A stretch of 64,000 bases of DNA, taken from Terriglobia bacterium. GTDB lineage: Bacteria > Acidobacteriota > Terriglobia > Bryobacterales > Bryobacteraceae. The first letter of the stretch is position 1; each line of letters opens with the position of its first letter. The stretch lies in assembly GCA_025350105.1 (NCBI GenBank), contig JANXYJ010000176.1, positions 6,183-70,182 on the forward strand, written 5' to 3'. A program made the translations under genes and the position numbers. Shown piece by piece: positions 26,226 to 35,544 of this stretch. The notes under the pieces are model-generated. The model had not been told where the DNA came from and ran no database searches. It was given only the letters and a program-made list of their open reading frames with translations.

Positions 26226-27365
26226 CTAGACCATCGGCACTGAATCGAGCGCGGCCACATTCTGGCGCACCTCTCGTATCAGCTCGGGTAGCTTCCCGAT
26301 TAGTATAGACTGCCTGATCCGCCGCATGATGTCAAGGTAATGCGTCAGGTTGTGCAAGGTGGCCAGTACTGAGAAGGTAATCTCTTTTGCCTGGTACAAA
26401 TGCCGCAAGTAGGCCCGCGAAAAATTCTTGCAGGTGTAACACCGACAGGTTTCGTCCACCGGTCCGGGGTCGGCTTTGAAGCGCGCCTGCTTGATTAACA
26501 TACGCCCGGATGACGTAAACAAACATCCGTTGCGCGCATTGCGTGAAGGTAGGACGCAATCCATCATGTCCACGCCGCAGGCCACGTACTCCGGCAGCTC
26601 TTCCGGCATACCCACCCCCATCACATAGCGCGGACGGTCTTTCGGCAACAGAGGCGCCACCGTGTGCGCCATCTCCAGACTCAGCGGCCGCGGTTCACCC
26701 ACAGAAAGACCACCAATCGCATAGCCGCGGGCGTTTATTTCGAGCAATTGATCGACACATTCGCGGCGTAAGTCCGCATACATGGAACCTTGCACGATAG
26801 GAAATAGCGCCCGCTGGCCGTCGTCGTATTGTTTGAAATGCTCAAATGCAGAACGGGCCCATCTCACCGTTCGTGCCGTAGACAAACGCGCGGATTCATG
26901 CGTTGCCGGATATTCCAGGCACTCATCCAGCACCATCATCACGTCGCTGCCCAGCGCGATCTGAACATCGACCGTGGACTCCGGTGTAAACATATGAGCA
27001 TCGCCATTCAAGTGCGAATGAAACAGTACGCCTTCTTCGGTGACCTTGCGCAGCGAGTTCAAGCTGAAGACCTGAAAGCCGCCGGAGTCCGTCAAAATCG
27101 CGCGCGGCCAGTTCATGAATTTGTGCAGCCCACCTAAAGTGCGAATGATCTCGTGACCAGGACGAAGGTAGAGATGATAAGTGTTGCTGAGAATGATCTT
27201 GGCGTCCAGATCATTGATTAGGTCGCGAGGCAGAATACCTTTGACAGCGGCCTGCGTCCCCACTGGCATAAATACGGGAGTCTCAATATCGCCGTGAGCG
27301 GTGTGCAAAATCCCGGCCCGAGCGCCCGTCTCCGGGCAAGTAGCCTGTAGTTCAAAATGAAACAC
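26226..27365 (-). CDS. tgt: tRNA guanosine(34) transglycosylase
   Basis: 379 aa. Blocks are ILTDSGGFQV, GYAIGGLSVGE and the zinc site CxCxxC...H (CRCYTCKNFSRAYLRHL). Confidence 0.95.
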   Translation of the reverse strand: MFHFELQATCPETGARAGILHTAHGDIETPVFMPVGTQAAVKGILPRDLINDLDAKIILSNTYHLYLRPGHEIIRTLGGLHKFMNWPRAILTDSGGFQVFSLNSLRKVTEEGVLFHSHLNGDAHMFTPESTVDVQIALGSDVMMVLDECLEYPATHESARLSTARTVRWARSAFEHFKQYDDGQRALFPIVQGSMYADLRRECVDQLLEINARGYAIGGLSVGEPRPLSLEMAHTVAPLLPKDRPRYVMGVGMPEELPEYVACGVDMMDCVLPSRNARNGCLFTSSGRMLIKQARFKADPGPVDETCRCYTCKNFSRAYLRHLYQAKEITFSVLATLHNLTHYLDIMRRIRQSILIGKLPELIREVRQNVAALDSVPMV

Positions 27366-27371
27366 TAGGGA

Positions 27372-27848
27372 CTATTGTAAGGGGTGAGCGCCGAGGACAG
27401 CTGGCAATGGATGCAGCTTTCGGTCTTTCAGAACATCGATCGCAAAATTTCGGTAATCAGGACCACGAAAACCGGCATCGTCATTCGGCCGACCGGTCCA
27501 GCTTCCGTTCTGTCCCTTCCAAAGAACCCACACACCTTTGATTGAGATTCTTTTAGGTTCCGAACGCTGGAACACCTCTGTTAAGAAAAATCGATAATTG
27601 CAGTGTTCCTCACATCTCCAGGCATAGACGTACTTAATCGCTTCGCCCACTTTTGCCGGTCCCCACAAAACCTCGTCTGGCACAATCTTTCCGGAATAGC
27701 GCCATCCCCAAAGGAACGGCGAGTCGCTGGCGGACACCAGTTTCCCGACGACCACCAAGTCCGCCGTTCGAAGGGCATAAGACCGCTCCTCCGCCAGCAC
27801 TGGAGCACAAAGCAAAACGGAACTAAAGAAAAATGCCTTCGCAATCAC
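27372..27848 (-). CDS. hypothetical secreted protein
   Basis: 158 aa. The signal peptide is MIAKAFFFSSVLLCAPVLA. I recognise no family. Confidence 0.45.
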   Translation of the reverse strand: MIAKAFFFSSVLLCAPVLAEERSYALRTADLVVVGKLVSASDSPFLWGWRYSGKIVPDEVLWGPAKVGEAIKYVYAWRCEEHCNYRFFLTEVFQRSEPKRISIKGVWVLWKGQNGSWTGRPNDDAGFRGPDYRNFAIDVLKDRKLHPLPAVLGAHPLQ

Positions 27849-27946
27849 TGTTCACATTCTACGGCCGGTGTCGTCTTTCGCAAGGACCGAAAACAAAAGC
27901 GCCCTGCGCGCCGAAAGACGCAGGGAACTCTTTGTTGACCTAAATC

Positions 27947-29050
27947 TTAGCGGTGACCGAAGCGTCCGAACCGTCCGCCATAATACCCGCCGAAGCCGAT
28001 CCCAATCGAGGGTCCGTAGAAGTACGGATTGTATCCATACGGATAACCCCACGGACCATACACTCCGCCATAGTAGGGCCGCGCGACCGGCCGCGCGGCC
28101 AACCGCTGTTGATCCTGCGGCTGATCATAATCATACGGACCAACCATGCGGAAAGCCTGCGGCGCACGAGCGGTAGAAAAACTCACCGGCGCGTCTACGC
28201 GAAACGTCAACACCATTTCCGGATAAATCACCGACGGATGACCGCGGGTCAATAACACGCCCAACACGCCCGCAGCTGCTCCCGCACCAGCGCCAATCCC
28301 CGCCCCACGTCCCCCATCAGCGGCAGCGCCAGCAATCGCACCAACGCCAGTCGTCGTGCCGATGGCACTGGCGTCACGTCCATTGGTGGTACCGGCTGTG
28401 CGAGTCACCATCACCGAGCGTACAGGAACCTGTTGCCCGTCAATCAAACTCAGGTTGGTGAGCTCCACACCTAACCGTGCCACGCCCTTCACGCGTCCAC
28501 CCTTATCCACTTCCGATACGCGTCCGGCAATGGTCTGGCCGCGATCCGCCACCACAAAGCCATCGACAACAATGGGCTTCACCAAGGTAGCCGTGAAGGC
28601 ATCGCCTTGTTGGCTATGGTCACTCGATAAAGCCTGGTTTACGCGGACGGTGAAAAATGTTCCCGGCTGAATCGTCAGCTGAGCCGGAACCGGAGGCGGA
28701 ATATATTGAGGAGGAGCGCCAGCCGGGGGCCCCTGCTGTCCGAAATAGGGCTGATTGCCCTGCGGGGTATTTGCCGGCGGATTTGGCGCCTGCGCCATGC
28801 GTCGCCAACCACCAGGAGTATTGGTTTGGGTGGCGGCCTGCCCGCCGTTCGGGCCGGCGGCGTCACCGTTCGGATAAGCCGGCTGCGGAATCGGCTCGGC
28901 CTGGTCCAGTACCACTTGGTTTTGGTCTTGCGCAAACAGCGTGCCCGTACTCAAAAGCAATCCGGTTGTCATCGCGGCCACAAATAGCTTCCGAAGCAGA
29001 ATTGCTCTGGCGGAATTTGTCGTCATCATTGGGTTTTCGTTACCTCTCAC
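27947..29050 (-). CDS. hypothetical secreted protein with Pro/Gln-rich region, beta-rich module, Gly-zipper and Gly/Tyr-rich tail
   Basis: 367 aa. It has a signal-like N-terminus and a central FTVRVNQALSSDHSQQGDAFTATLV... module. A GxxxG-rich segment follows, then the C-terminal YGYNPYFYGPSIGIGFGGYYGGRFG. The start may be at an internal Met (MMTT). Confidence 0.5.
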   Translation of the reverse strand: MRGNENPMMTTNSARAILLRKLFVAAMTTGLLLSTGTLFAQDQNQVVLDQAEPIPQPAYPNGDAAGPNGGQAATQTNTPGGWRRMAQAPNPPANTPQGNQPYFGQQGPPAGAPPQYIPPPVPAQLTIQPGTFFTVRVNQALSSDHSQQGDAFTATLVKPIVVDGFVVADRGQTIAGRVSEVDKGGRVKGVARLGVELTNLSLIDGQQVPVRSVMVTRTAGTTNGRDASAIGTTTGVGAIAGAAADGGRGAGIGAGAGAAAGVLGVLLTRGHPSVIYPEMVLTFRVDAPVSFSTARAPQAFRMVGPYDYDQPQDQQRLAARPVARPYYGGVYGPWGYPYGYNPYFYGPSIGIGFGGYYGGRFGRFGHR

Positions 29051-29399
29051 GCCTTAAGATGCATGTGATGTGCCAAAGGTTCCCATCTGCACGGATTGAT
29101 TCAAACAATTGAAAGTATAGCCACATAGAAACCATTAACGGGGGGGTAGCGGGTGCAAAAGCACCGCGCCGGTGGTTTTCAACCGGCCTGCGGAAGCCAG
29201 GCGTTTTTGCTAAACTTGTTAAAGATACAGCCGAAGAGTAACCGGAGATGCTTGGGTGGCGTTGTTCAAGTCAGTACTAATTTTGATTCCGTACGGTTCT
29301 GCATCTCAGTAGATTGCTTCCTCGTTGAAGGGCCTGTTTTTAAAACCGATAGGCCGTAACAAAATACTTCAATCTGGAGGCCGTGTGCCTGCAAACTCG

Positions 29400-30503
29400 A
29401 TGCATAAAAAAGCTTCGCAAAGAATAGAATTCCTGGACTGGATGCGCGGTTGCGCCGCCGTCGTCATGCTGCAAGGGCATACGTTTGATGCCTTTGCCAA
29501 GCCTGAAATCCGCAACGGCAGTTGGTTCATCCTGTCGCAATTCATCGGTGGGGAAACCGCAGCTATCTTCCTCCTGCTAACCGGGGCTACCTTTGGCATG
29601 GGTATGAACCGCCGCGAACACTTGCCGGCCGGTCAACGCGTGATCACGGCACTTAAGCGCGCGCGCTATCTCTTCTTACTGGGTCTTCTCTTTCGCCTGC
29701 AAGGCTGGATTTTTGCCTGGGGCAAGAGTCCGGTTTCCGATCTCTTCCGCGTCGACATCCTGAACGCCATGGGGGCAACGGCCGCACTGGTTGCGATACT
29801 GGCCTTCTGGAATGGCATGAACCGTGTACGCGGAGGCATTATCGCGGGCGTGTTGATTGCCGTCGTCTCCCCCCTGATGTCTGCGATGAACCTGAACTGG
29901 CTGGCCGCCCCGGCGCGCGCCTATTTGGTTCCGGCAGCGGAGGGCTTCCCCATTTTTCCCTGGGGCGCATACTTGGCGTTCGGCGTGGCACTAGGAAGCA
30001 TGATTCCCTTGGTGGAACGCGGCGCGTGGAATCGCATCATGCAATGGTCGGCTCTCATCGGCCTCGGCTTGATTATGGGCGGCCGCTATTTTGCCGATCT
30101 GCCGTATTCGCTCTACACCACAGCTGACTTTTGGCTGAATAGCCCGGCACTGGTGGCCTGCAAAATGGGGGTGGCATTTCTGGTCGGCTCCTTCGCCTAC
30201 ATTTGGATGGAGTACCTGAACACCGGCTGGAGCTTTGTCCGGCAATTGGGGACCACCTCGTTGATTGTCTACTGGGTCCACGTGGATCTGGAATACGGCC
30301 CTTGGTTCGGACCATACCGTCAAAAATTTGGAGTGATCGGCTGCCTGCTGGTGGCCCTGCTGATGATTCCGCTCATGATTGGCATTAGCGTAGCCTTCAC
30401 CCGCATCCGGGCTCACTACAAGCGCACGCCGGTTCCGGTTCCAACCCAGATGCCTGCGGCCGAAACCGCAGAAATCATAGAACTCAAGCGCATTCGCGCG
30501 TAA
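29400..30503 (+). CDS. DUF1624/heparan-alpha-glucosaminide N-acetyltransferase-like membrane acyltransferase
   Basis: RIEFLDWMRGCAAVVMLQGHTF is typical of the DUF1624 N-terminus, and there are about 10 TM helices. The ORF is open from 29325. In-frame alternative starts are GTG 29385 and ATG 29400. Confidence 0.6.
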   Translation: MHKKASQRIEFLDWMRGCAAVVMLQGHTFDAFAKPEIRNGSWFILSQFIGGETAAIFLLLTGATFGMGMNRREHLPAGQRVITALKRARYLFLLGLLFRLQGWIFAWGKSPVSDLFRVDILNAMGATAALVAILAFWNGMNRVRGGIIAGVLIAVVSPLMSAMNLNWLAAPARAYLVPAAEGFPIFPWGAYLAFGVALGSMIPLVERGAWNRIMQWSALIGLGLIMGGRYFADLPYSLYTTADFWLNSPALVACKMGVAFLVGSFAYIWMEYLNTGWSFVRQLGTTSLIVYWVHVDLEYGPWFGPYRQKFGVIGCLLVALLMIPLMIGISVAFTRIRAHYKRTPVPVPTQMPAAETAEIIELKRIRA

Positions 30504-30506
30504 GCA

Positions 30507-31010
30507 TTACTGCCAAGTCAGACTGACGATCTTGATCTGATCACCATGAACTTCGCCGGTGAATGCAATCTCCAAGTCGTCTTCCTTATTCGTCGTCCGG
30601 ATCAGCGCCAGCGCTTTCGCGTTCCCGGCCGGATCAAATTTCAGAAAGCGATTGTCATGCGTCACGATGCCATAACCGCTGCGTTGGCATTCAGGCATAA
30701 GCGCGCACTTCCTGGTGTGGGTATAGGCCCATAAAATTCCACCTTCGATATGTGTATTGCTGCCGCCTACCACACGGGTCAATGCATCGCCTGAGCATTT
30801 GTCATCGATCAGCACTCCCTGGAGTCTGTTCTCCGTGCTTTTTGTCTGCGCAATCATTATGAAGCCGCTTACCAAACCCAGCACACCCAACCTCGTCAAT
30901 ACCCGAGAAACCTGCACCGCCTTATCTCCTTTCCAGATTGCGTTTCGGTCGTGGAACGCACCCAGGCAGGTTGTGATTGCCCAGCACGCTCCTATTGTTT
31001 GAGATAACAT
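30507..31010 (-). CDS. hypothetical protein (probable signal/anchor)
   Basis: 167-aa ORF. It has a hydrophobic segment LGVLGLVSGFIMIAQ and a Cys-containing C-terminal domain. No family recognised and the start is uncertain. Confidence 0.4.
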   Translation of the reverse strand: MLSQTIGACWAITTCLGAFHDRNAIWKGDKAVQVSRVLTRLGVLGLVSGFIMIAQTKSTENRLQGVLIDDKCSGDALTRVVGGSNTHIEGGILWAYTHTRKCALMPECQRSGYGIVTHDNRFLKFDPAGNAKALALIRTTNKEDDLEIAFTGEVHGDQIKIVSLTWQ

Positions 31011-31082
31011 GAATTTCCTGTTGGTTCAAGCCGGATCTTCCAAAGATTCTCCAGCTGATTTATACTTGGGGAAAAGTAATCT

Positions 31083-32093
31083 ATGCGCTCACTTACTCTT
31101 GCGACATTTTTGACTATCGGTTCCGGTTTGGCGTATGCGCAATCTGAGAGCGGCGCCATCACGGGCACCGTTGTCGACCCCTTCTCTCATCCCTTCGCCA
31201 ACGCTACCGTGCAAGCCAGGAACACGGCCAACGCCACTGCTTACAAAGGAGCAAGCAAGACCTCGGGTGAGTACACCATCACCGGTTTGCCTGCTGGAAC
31301 CTACGATGTTTCCACCGCCATTCCCGCCGTCAAATTCTGGGAAAAGAAGGGCCTAGTGGTAGAAGCCGGCAAAACGCTAAGCGTCAAGATTCAGCTGGAA
31401 GAAAGCACCCAGCTGAGTACGCTTGGGGAGGATCCGTTAGGCGCCATCGCCGATCAAAAGCGTCACGCGCCGCCCGCTGGCCCTGCGCCGCGCACGATCG
31501 ACGGCAAGCCTGATCTCTCCGGCGTTTGGTGGCGCTTTAACGACGTCGACCCCGGCAAACCGGAATGGCTTCCGTCCGCCGATGCAGAGGCCAAACGCCG
31601 CTTGGCGATGAACTCCAAAGAGAGTCCACAAGCCTACTGCCTGCCTTCGCCCGTAACCCGTTGGGGACCGCTGTTTCAGTTCGCACAATCCAGGAACGCC
31701 GTGGTGGTGATCAACGACGATGAGAGCCCCGGCTTTCACCAATTCCGTCTGGATCGGGCCCAGCATCCCAGCGAATTAGACACCGATCTCTGGTACGGCG
31801 ATAACATCGCCCATTGGGACGGCGATACATTAGTGGTAGACCGGGTTGGCTTCCATGAACGCGTCTGGCTGGACCAGGCCGCGCATCCACACTCGGACAA
31901 ACTTCACGTGATAGAGCGCTACCGGCGTCCTGATCTGGGCCACATGGAACAGGAAGTTACGGTGGAGGACCCTGGCGTATTGGCGAAGCCGTGGGTGATC
32001 AAGCGCGTGTCGGAGCTCGCCGCCAACGAATCCATCCGCGAATTCATTTGCGCCGAAAACAATCGGGATGTCGTTCATATGGTGGGCAAGTAG
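31083..32093 (+). CDS. carboxypeptidase regulatory-like domain-containing secreted protein
   Basis: 336 aa. After a signal peptide comes GAITGTVVDP...ATVQARN...YTITGLPAGTYDV, the typical CarboxypepD_reg fold signature. Confidence 0.7.
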   Translation: MRSLTLATFLTIGSGLAYAQSESGAITGTVVDPFSHPFANATVQARNTANATAYKGASKTSGEYTITGLPAGTYDVSTAIPAVKFWEKKGLVVEAGKTLSVKIQLEESTQLSTLGEDPLGAIADQKRHAPPAGPAPRTIDGKPDLSGVWWRFNDVDPGKPEWLPSADAEAKRRLAMNSKESPQAYCLPSPVTRWGPLFQFAQSRNAVVVINDDESPGFHQFRLDRAQHPSELDTDLWYGDNIAHWDGDTLVVDRVGFHERVWLDQAAHPHSDKLHVIERYRRPDLGHMEQEVTVEDPGVLAKPWVIKRVSELAANESIREFICAENNRDVVHMVGK

Positions 32094-32173
32094 GTCTCAA
32101 CCCAAGTAGGTCCCAATCAGGGTTTGCGGCCGGGGAATTAGGGGCCGCACGGATCGAGTAGGTGAGCGAGGCA

Positions 32174-32211
32174 CGTCGTGATCCGCGGGGGTGATCCGCG
32201 TCGTGATCCGG
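32174..32211. repeat. Three GTGATCCG(C/G)G copies at 12-13-bp spacing, related to the 13-bp array at 1498
   Basis: Reads CGTCGTGATCCGCG GGG GTGATCCGCG TC GTGATCCGG. The reverse complement GACGCGGATCAC matches GACGCGGATGAAC of the pyk-proximal array except around the central S. Confidence 0.8.
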
Positions 32212-32379
32212 TAACCTGCCCGGGTGCAAATCCGTCATTTGATGCATGAAAGTTTCAGTGCAACTGCCCGCCACGTTAGGATGAGCTGAGGGATTTGTTC
32301 TTTTCTCTTCCATCAAGGCAATCATTTAGTTAAATCCCTCGGTTAAGATCAGACAGGCAGATGAGGACAGGCGTAAACT

Positions 32380-35300
32380 TTGATTCGCAAACTGGTCGAT
32401 TTTTCTCTCCAAAACCGTTTTCTTGTGCTGGCGGTAGCACTGCTCTTGTTCGTGTGGGGCATCATTTCCTTTCGCAGCCTCCCCGTGGAAGCATATCCAG
32501 ATGTGGCGAACAATTACGTTCAGGTGATCACGCAGTGGCCGGGGATCTCCGCCGAACAGGTGGAGCAACAGGTGACGGTGCCGCTGGAAATTGTGATGAA
32601 CGGCATTCCGCATCTGGAACATTTGCGCTCGGTTTCGTTGTTTGGGCTGTCGAGCGTGATGCTGATTTTCGACGACAACTCGGAGAATGATTGGAATCGC
32701 GTTAAGGTGCTGGAACGCCTGACGCAGGCAAATCTCCCCGCTGGCTTGCAACCGCAAATGGGTGCCGACTTCAGCCCGGTGGGCCAGATCTATTTCTTCA
32801 CTTTGCGCAGCACCAATCCGCAATATGACGTGATGGAACTGAAATCACTGGAAGACTTTACCATCGAAAAGGCGTTCAAGTCAGTTCCCAATGTCGTGGA
32901 TGTTGCCAGCTTTGGCGGTTCAACCCGCGAGTATCAGGTGCGAGTGGATCCGGAGAAGCTGATTGCCTACGGTCTGAGCATTGCACAGGTGGAGCAGCAA
33001 CTTACCAACAACAACAACAACGGCGGCGGGAGCTTCATTGAGGCCGGGCTGCAACAGATCAATGTGCGGGCGGTGGCGCAGGTGAGGGCCGTCAACGACA
33101 TCGAGAATACTGTCGTTTCGACCAAGAACGGGACTCCCATCCGAATTAAGGACATTGCCACCGTACAGCAGGGATCGAGAATCCGGCTAGGCCAGTTTGC
33201 GCGGGCGATCCACCGGTCTGACGGCAAGATTCTGGATAACGACGACGTGGTAGCGGGCGTAGTGCTCTTGCGCAAAGGCGCCGACGGCGATTCGACGCTG
33301 GAAGCCATTCACGCCAAAGTGGACGAGTTGAACGAGCACATCCTGCCGCCGGGCGTGAAGATCGTACCGTTCCTGGATCGCAGCAACCTGCTGAAGCTGA
33401 CCACTGGCACGGTGATGCACAACCTGATTGAGGGCATCATTTTAGTTTCGGTGATTCTGTTTGTGTTTCTGGGCAACATCCGTGGGGCGCTAATCGTGAC
33501 GCTGACCATTCCTTTCTCCCTGTTATTCGCCTCCATTTGTTTAGACCTGAAGCACATTCCGGCGAACTTGCTGTCGCTGGGCGCGCTGGATTTCGGCATG
33601 ATCGTGGAAGGCGCGGTGGTGATGATCGAAAACATTGTGCGGATTCTGTCGCATCCGGAATCGCACAAGGAAATGACGGTATCGCAGAAAATCAGCACGG
33701 CGTCCCACGAAGTACAAAGGCCCGTGTTTTATTCCATCGCGATCATCATCGTGGCGTACTTGCCTATCTTCACCTTGCAGGCCGTGGAAGGGCGGTTGTT
33801 CAAGCCGATGGCCTGGACCGTGGCGTTTGCACTGCTGGGAGCGCTGCTTTTTTCGATGTTTGTGGGTCCGGTGCTGGCGAGCGTGGTTTACCCCAAAGGT
33901 ACGAAAGAATGGCACAACCCGCTGATGGGTTGGTTGACGCAAGGGTATCGCTGGCTTTTGGGGTTCGCCATTGAGTGGCGCTGGGTGACGCTGATACTTG
34001 CGGTAGGCACTTTGTTCGGCGCGTATCTGGTTAGCCGGACGATTGGCTCGGAATTTCTTCCGCACTTGGATGAAGGCGCGGTGTGGGTGCGCGGGACTCT
34101 GGCGCCCAGCACCGGACCTACCGAAGGCATTCGTCTAGCCAATCAGGCGCGGGTGATTCTGGCCGCGTTCCCGGAAGTTACCTTTGCGAGTAGTCAAGTA
34201 GGACGTCCCGATGACGGTGTGGACACCACGGGTTTTTTCAACACGGAATACTTCGTGGATCTGAAACCAAAAGAACAGTGGCGGCCTGTGTTTCATCAAG
34301 ACAAAGACGAGTTGATTGCTGCGATGAGCCGAGAGTTGGAAAAATTGCCCGGTGTTCTGTGGAATTTTTCTCAGCCTATCTCTGACAACATGGAGGAAGC
34401 GGTGAGCGGCGTCAAGGGCGAGTTGGCGATCAAGATTTACGGCGATGACTTAAAGACGCTGGAGACCAAGGGCGATGAAATCGTCGGCGTGATGCGGACC
34501 GTTCCCGGTATTGAAGACCTGGGACTGTTTCGTGTGCTGGGTCAACCCAACTTGAATCTGATGGTGGACCGCAATTTGGCGGCGCGCTATCAAATTAACG
34601 CTTCTGATATACAGGACGCTGTACAGACCGCGGTGGGCGGCACTGCGCTGACGCAAGTCCTGCAGGGCGAACAGAAGTACGACCTAACTTTGCGCTACCT
34701 GCCGCAGTACCGCAACACCAAGGAAGCAATTGAGAATATCCGCCTGCTTTCGCCATCGGGTGAGCGCGTGTCACTGGCCCAACTTGCCAAGGTGAAAGTG
34801 GAGGACGGGGCGTCGGAAGTCTATCGCGAAGGTAGCCAGCGCTATGTAGCGATTAAATACGGCGTTCGCGGGCGGGATCTGGGAGGCGCGGTGGAAGAAG
34901 CCATCAAAAAGGTGAGTGAAAAAGTGAAACTGCCGGTGGGCTATCACATCGATTGGGCCGGCGAATACGAAAGCCAACAGCGAGCGCAAAAACGCCTTAC
35001 CATCATCATCCCCCTGACGCTGCTGGTGATCTTCATGATCCTCTACACCATGTTTGGGTCCATGAAATGGGCCGGTCTGATTCTGCTGACGGTGGCGATG
35101 GCGCCGATTGGCGGCATTGCGGGGCTGTTTGCGACGCACACCAATTTCAGCGTGTCATCGGGGATTGGATTTCTGGCGCTCTTCGGCGTATCGGTGCAGA
35201 CGGGCGTAATCATGGTGGAATACATTAACCAACTACGCTCCCGCGGGCATAGCATCCTGAATGCAGCCAAAGACGGAGCCGTGCAACGCTTCCGTCCCAT

Positions 35301-35514
35301 CCTGATGACCATGCTTGTCGCGTCACTGGGCCTGGTGCCTGCGGCAACCTCGCATGGAATTGGGTCGGACTCGCAAAGGCCTTTTGCGATTGTGATCGTA
35401 GGCGGATTGATCGCCGTGCTATTCATGAGCATTTTCCTGTTGCCATGCCTGTACGTTTGGTTTGCGCGCGACCACGACAAGCTGCCGCAGGCCGATCTTG
35501 AATTTGCCGAATAG
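32380..35514 (+). CDS. czcA: CusA/CzcA family heavy-metal efflux RND permease
   Basis: 1044 aa with a TTG start. The N-terminus MIRKLVDFSLQNRFLVLAVALLLF...LPVEAYPDV is typical of the HME-RND family. Confidence 0.9.
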   Translation: MIRKLVDFSLQNRFLVLAVALLLFVWGIISFRSLPVEAYPDVANNYVQVITQWPGISAEQVEQQVTVPLEIVMNGIPHLEHLRSVSLFGLSSVMLIFDDNSENDWNRVKVLERLTQANLPAGLQPQMGADFSPVGQIYFFTLRSTNPQYDVMELKSLEDFTIEKAFKSVPNVVDVASFGGSTREYQVRVDPEKLIAYGLSIAQVEQQLTNNNNNGGGSFIEAGLQQINVRAVAQVRAVNDIENTVVSTKNGTPIRIKDIATVQQGSRIRLGQFARAIHRSDGKILDNDDVVAGVVLLRKGADGDSTLEAIHAKVDELNEHILPPGVKIVPFLDRSNLLKLTTGTVMHNLIEGIILVSVILFVFLGNIRGALIVTLTIPFSLLFASICLDLKHIPANLLSLGALDFGMIVEGAVVMIENIVRILSHPESHKEMTVSQKISTASHEVQRPVFYSIAIIIVAYLPIFTLQAVEGRLFKPMAWTVAFALLGALLFSMFVGPVLASVVYPKGTKEWHNPLMGWLTQGYRWLLGFAIEWRWVTLILAVGTLFGAYLVSRTIGSEFLPHLDEGAVWVRGTLAPSTGPTEGIRLANQARVILAAFPEVTFASSQVGRPDDGVDTTGFFNTEYFVDLKPKEQWRPVFHQDKDELIAAMSRELEKLPGVLWNFSQPISDNMEEAVSGVKGELAIKIYGDDLKTLETKGDEIVGVMRTVPGIEDLGLFRVLGQPNLNLMVDRNLAARYQINASDIQDAVQTAVGGTALTQVLQGEQKYDLTLRYLPQYRNTKEAIENIRLLSPSGERVSLAQLAKVKVEDGASEVYREGSQRYVAIKYGVRGRDLGGAVEEAIKKVSEKVKLPVGYHIDWAGEYESQQRAQKRLTIIIPLTLLVIFMILYTMFGSMKWAGLILLTVAMAPIGGIAGLFATHTNFSVSSGIGFLALFGVSVQTGVIMVEYINQLRSRGHSILNAAKDGAVQRFRPILMTMLVASLGLVPAATSHGIGSDSQRPFAIVIVGGLIAVLFMSIFLLPCLYVWFARDHDKLPQADLEFAE

Positions 35515-35544
35515 GCACGCGGAAACACGCTACAGTGGTCTTGA

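Noticed and set aside
32215-32240. tRNA-like T-arm (GGGTGCAAATCC)
   Set aside because: The flanks cannot form the 5-bp T stem, and no acceptor, D or anticodon arms are present. I also saw no GGTTCGAATCC-type T-loop in a non-coding position elsewhere in the window.
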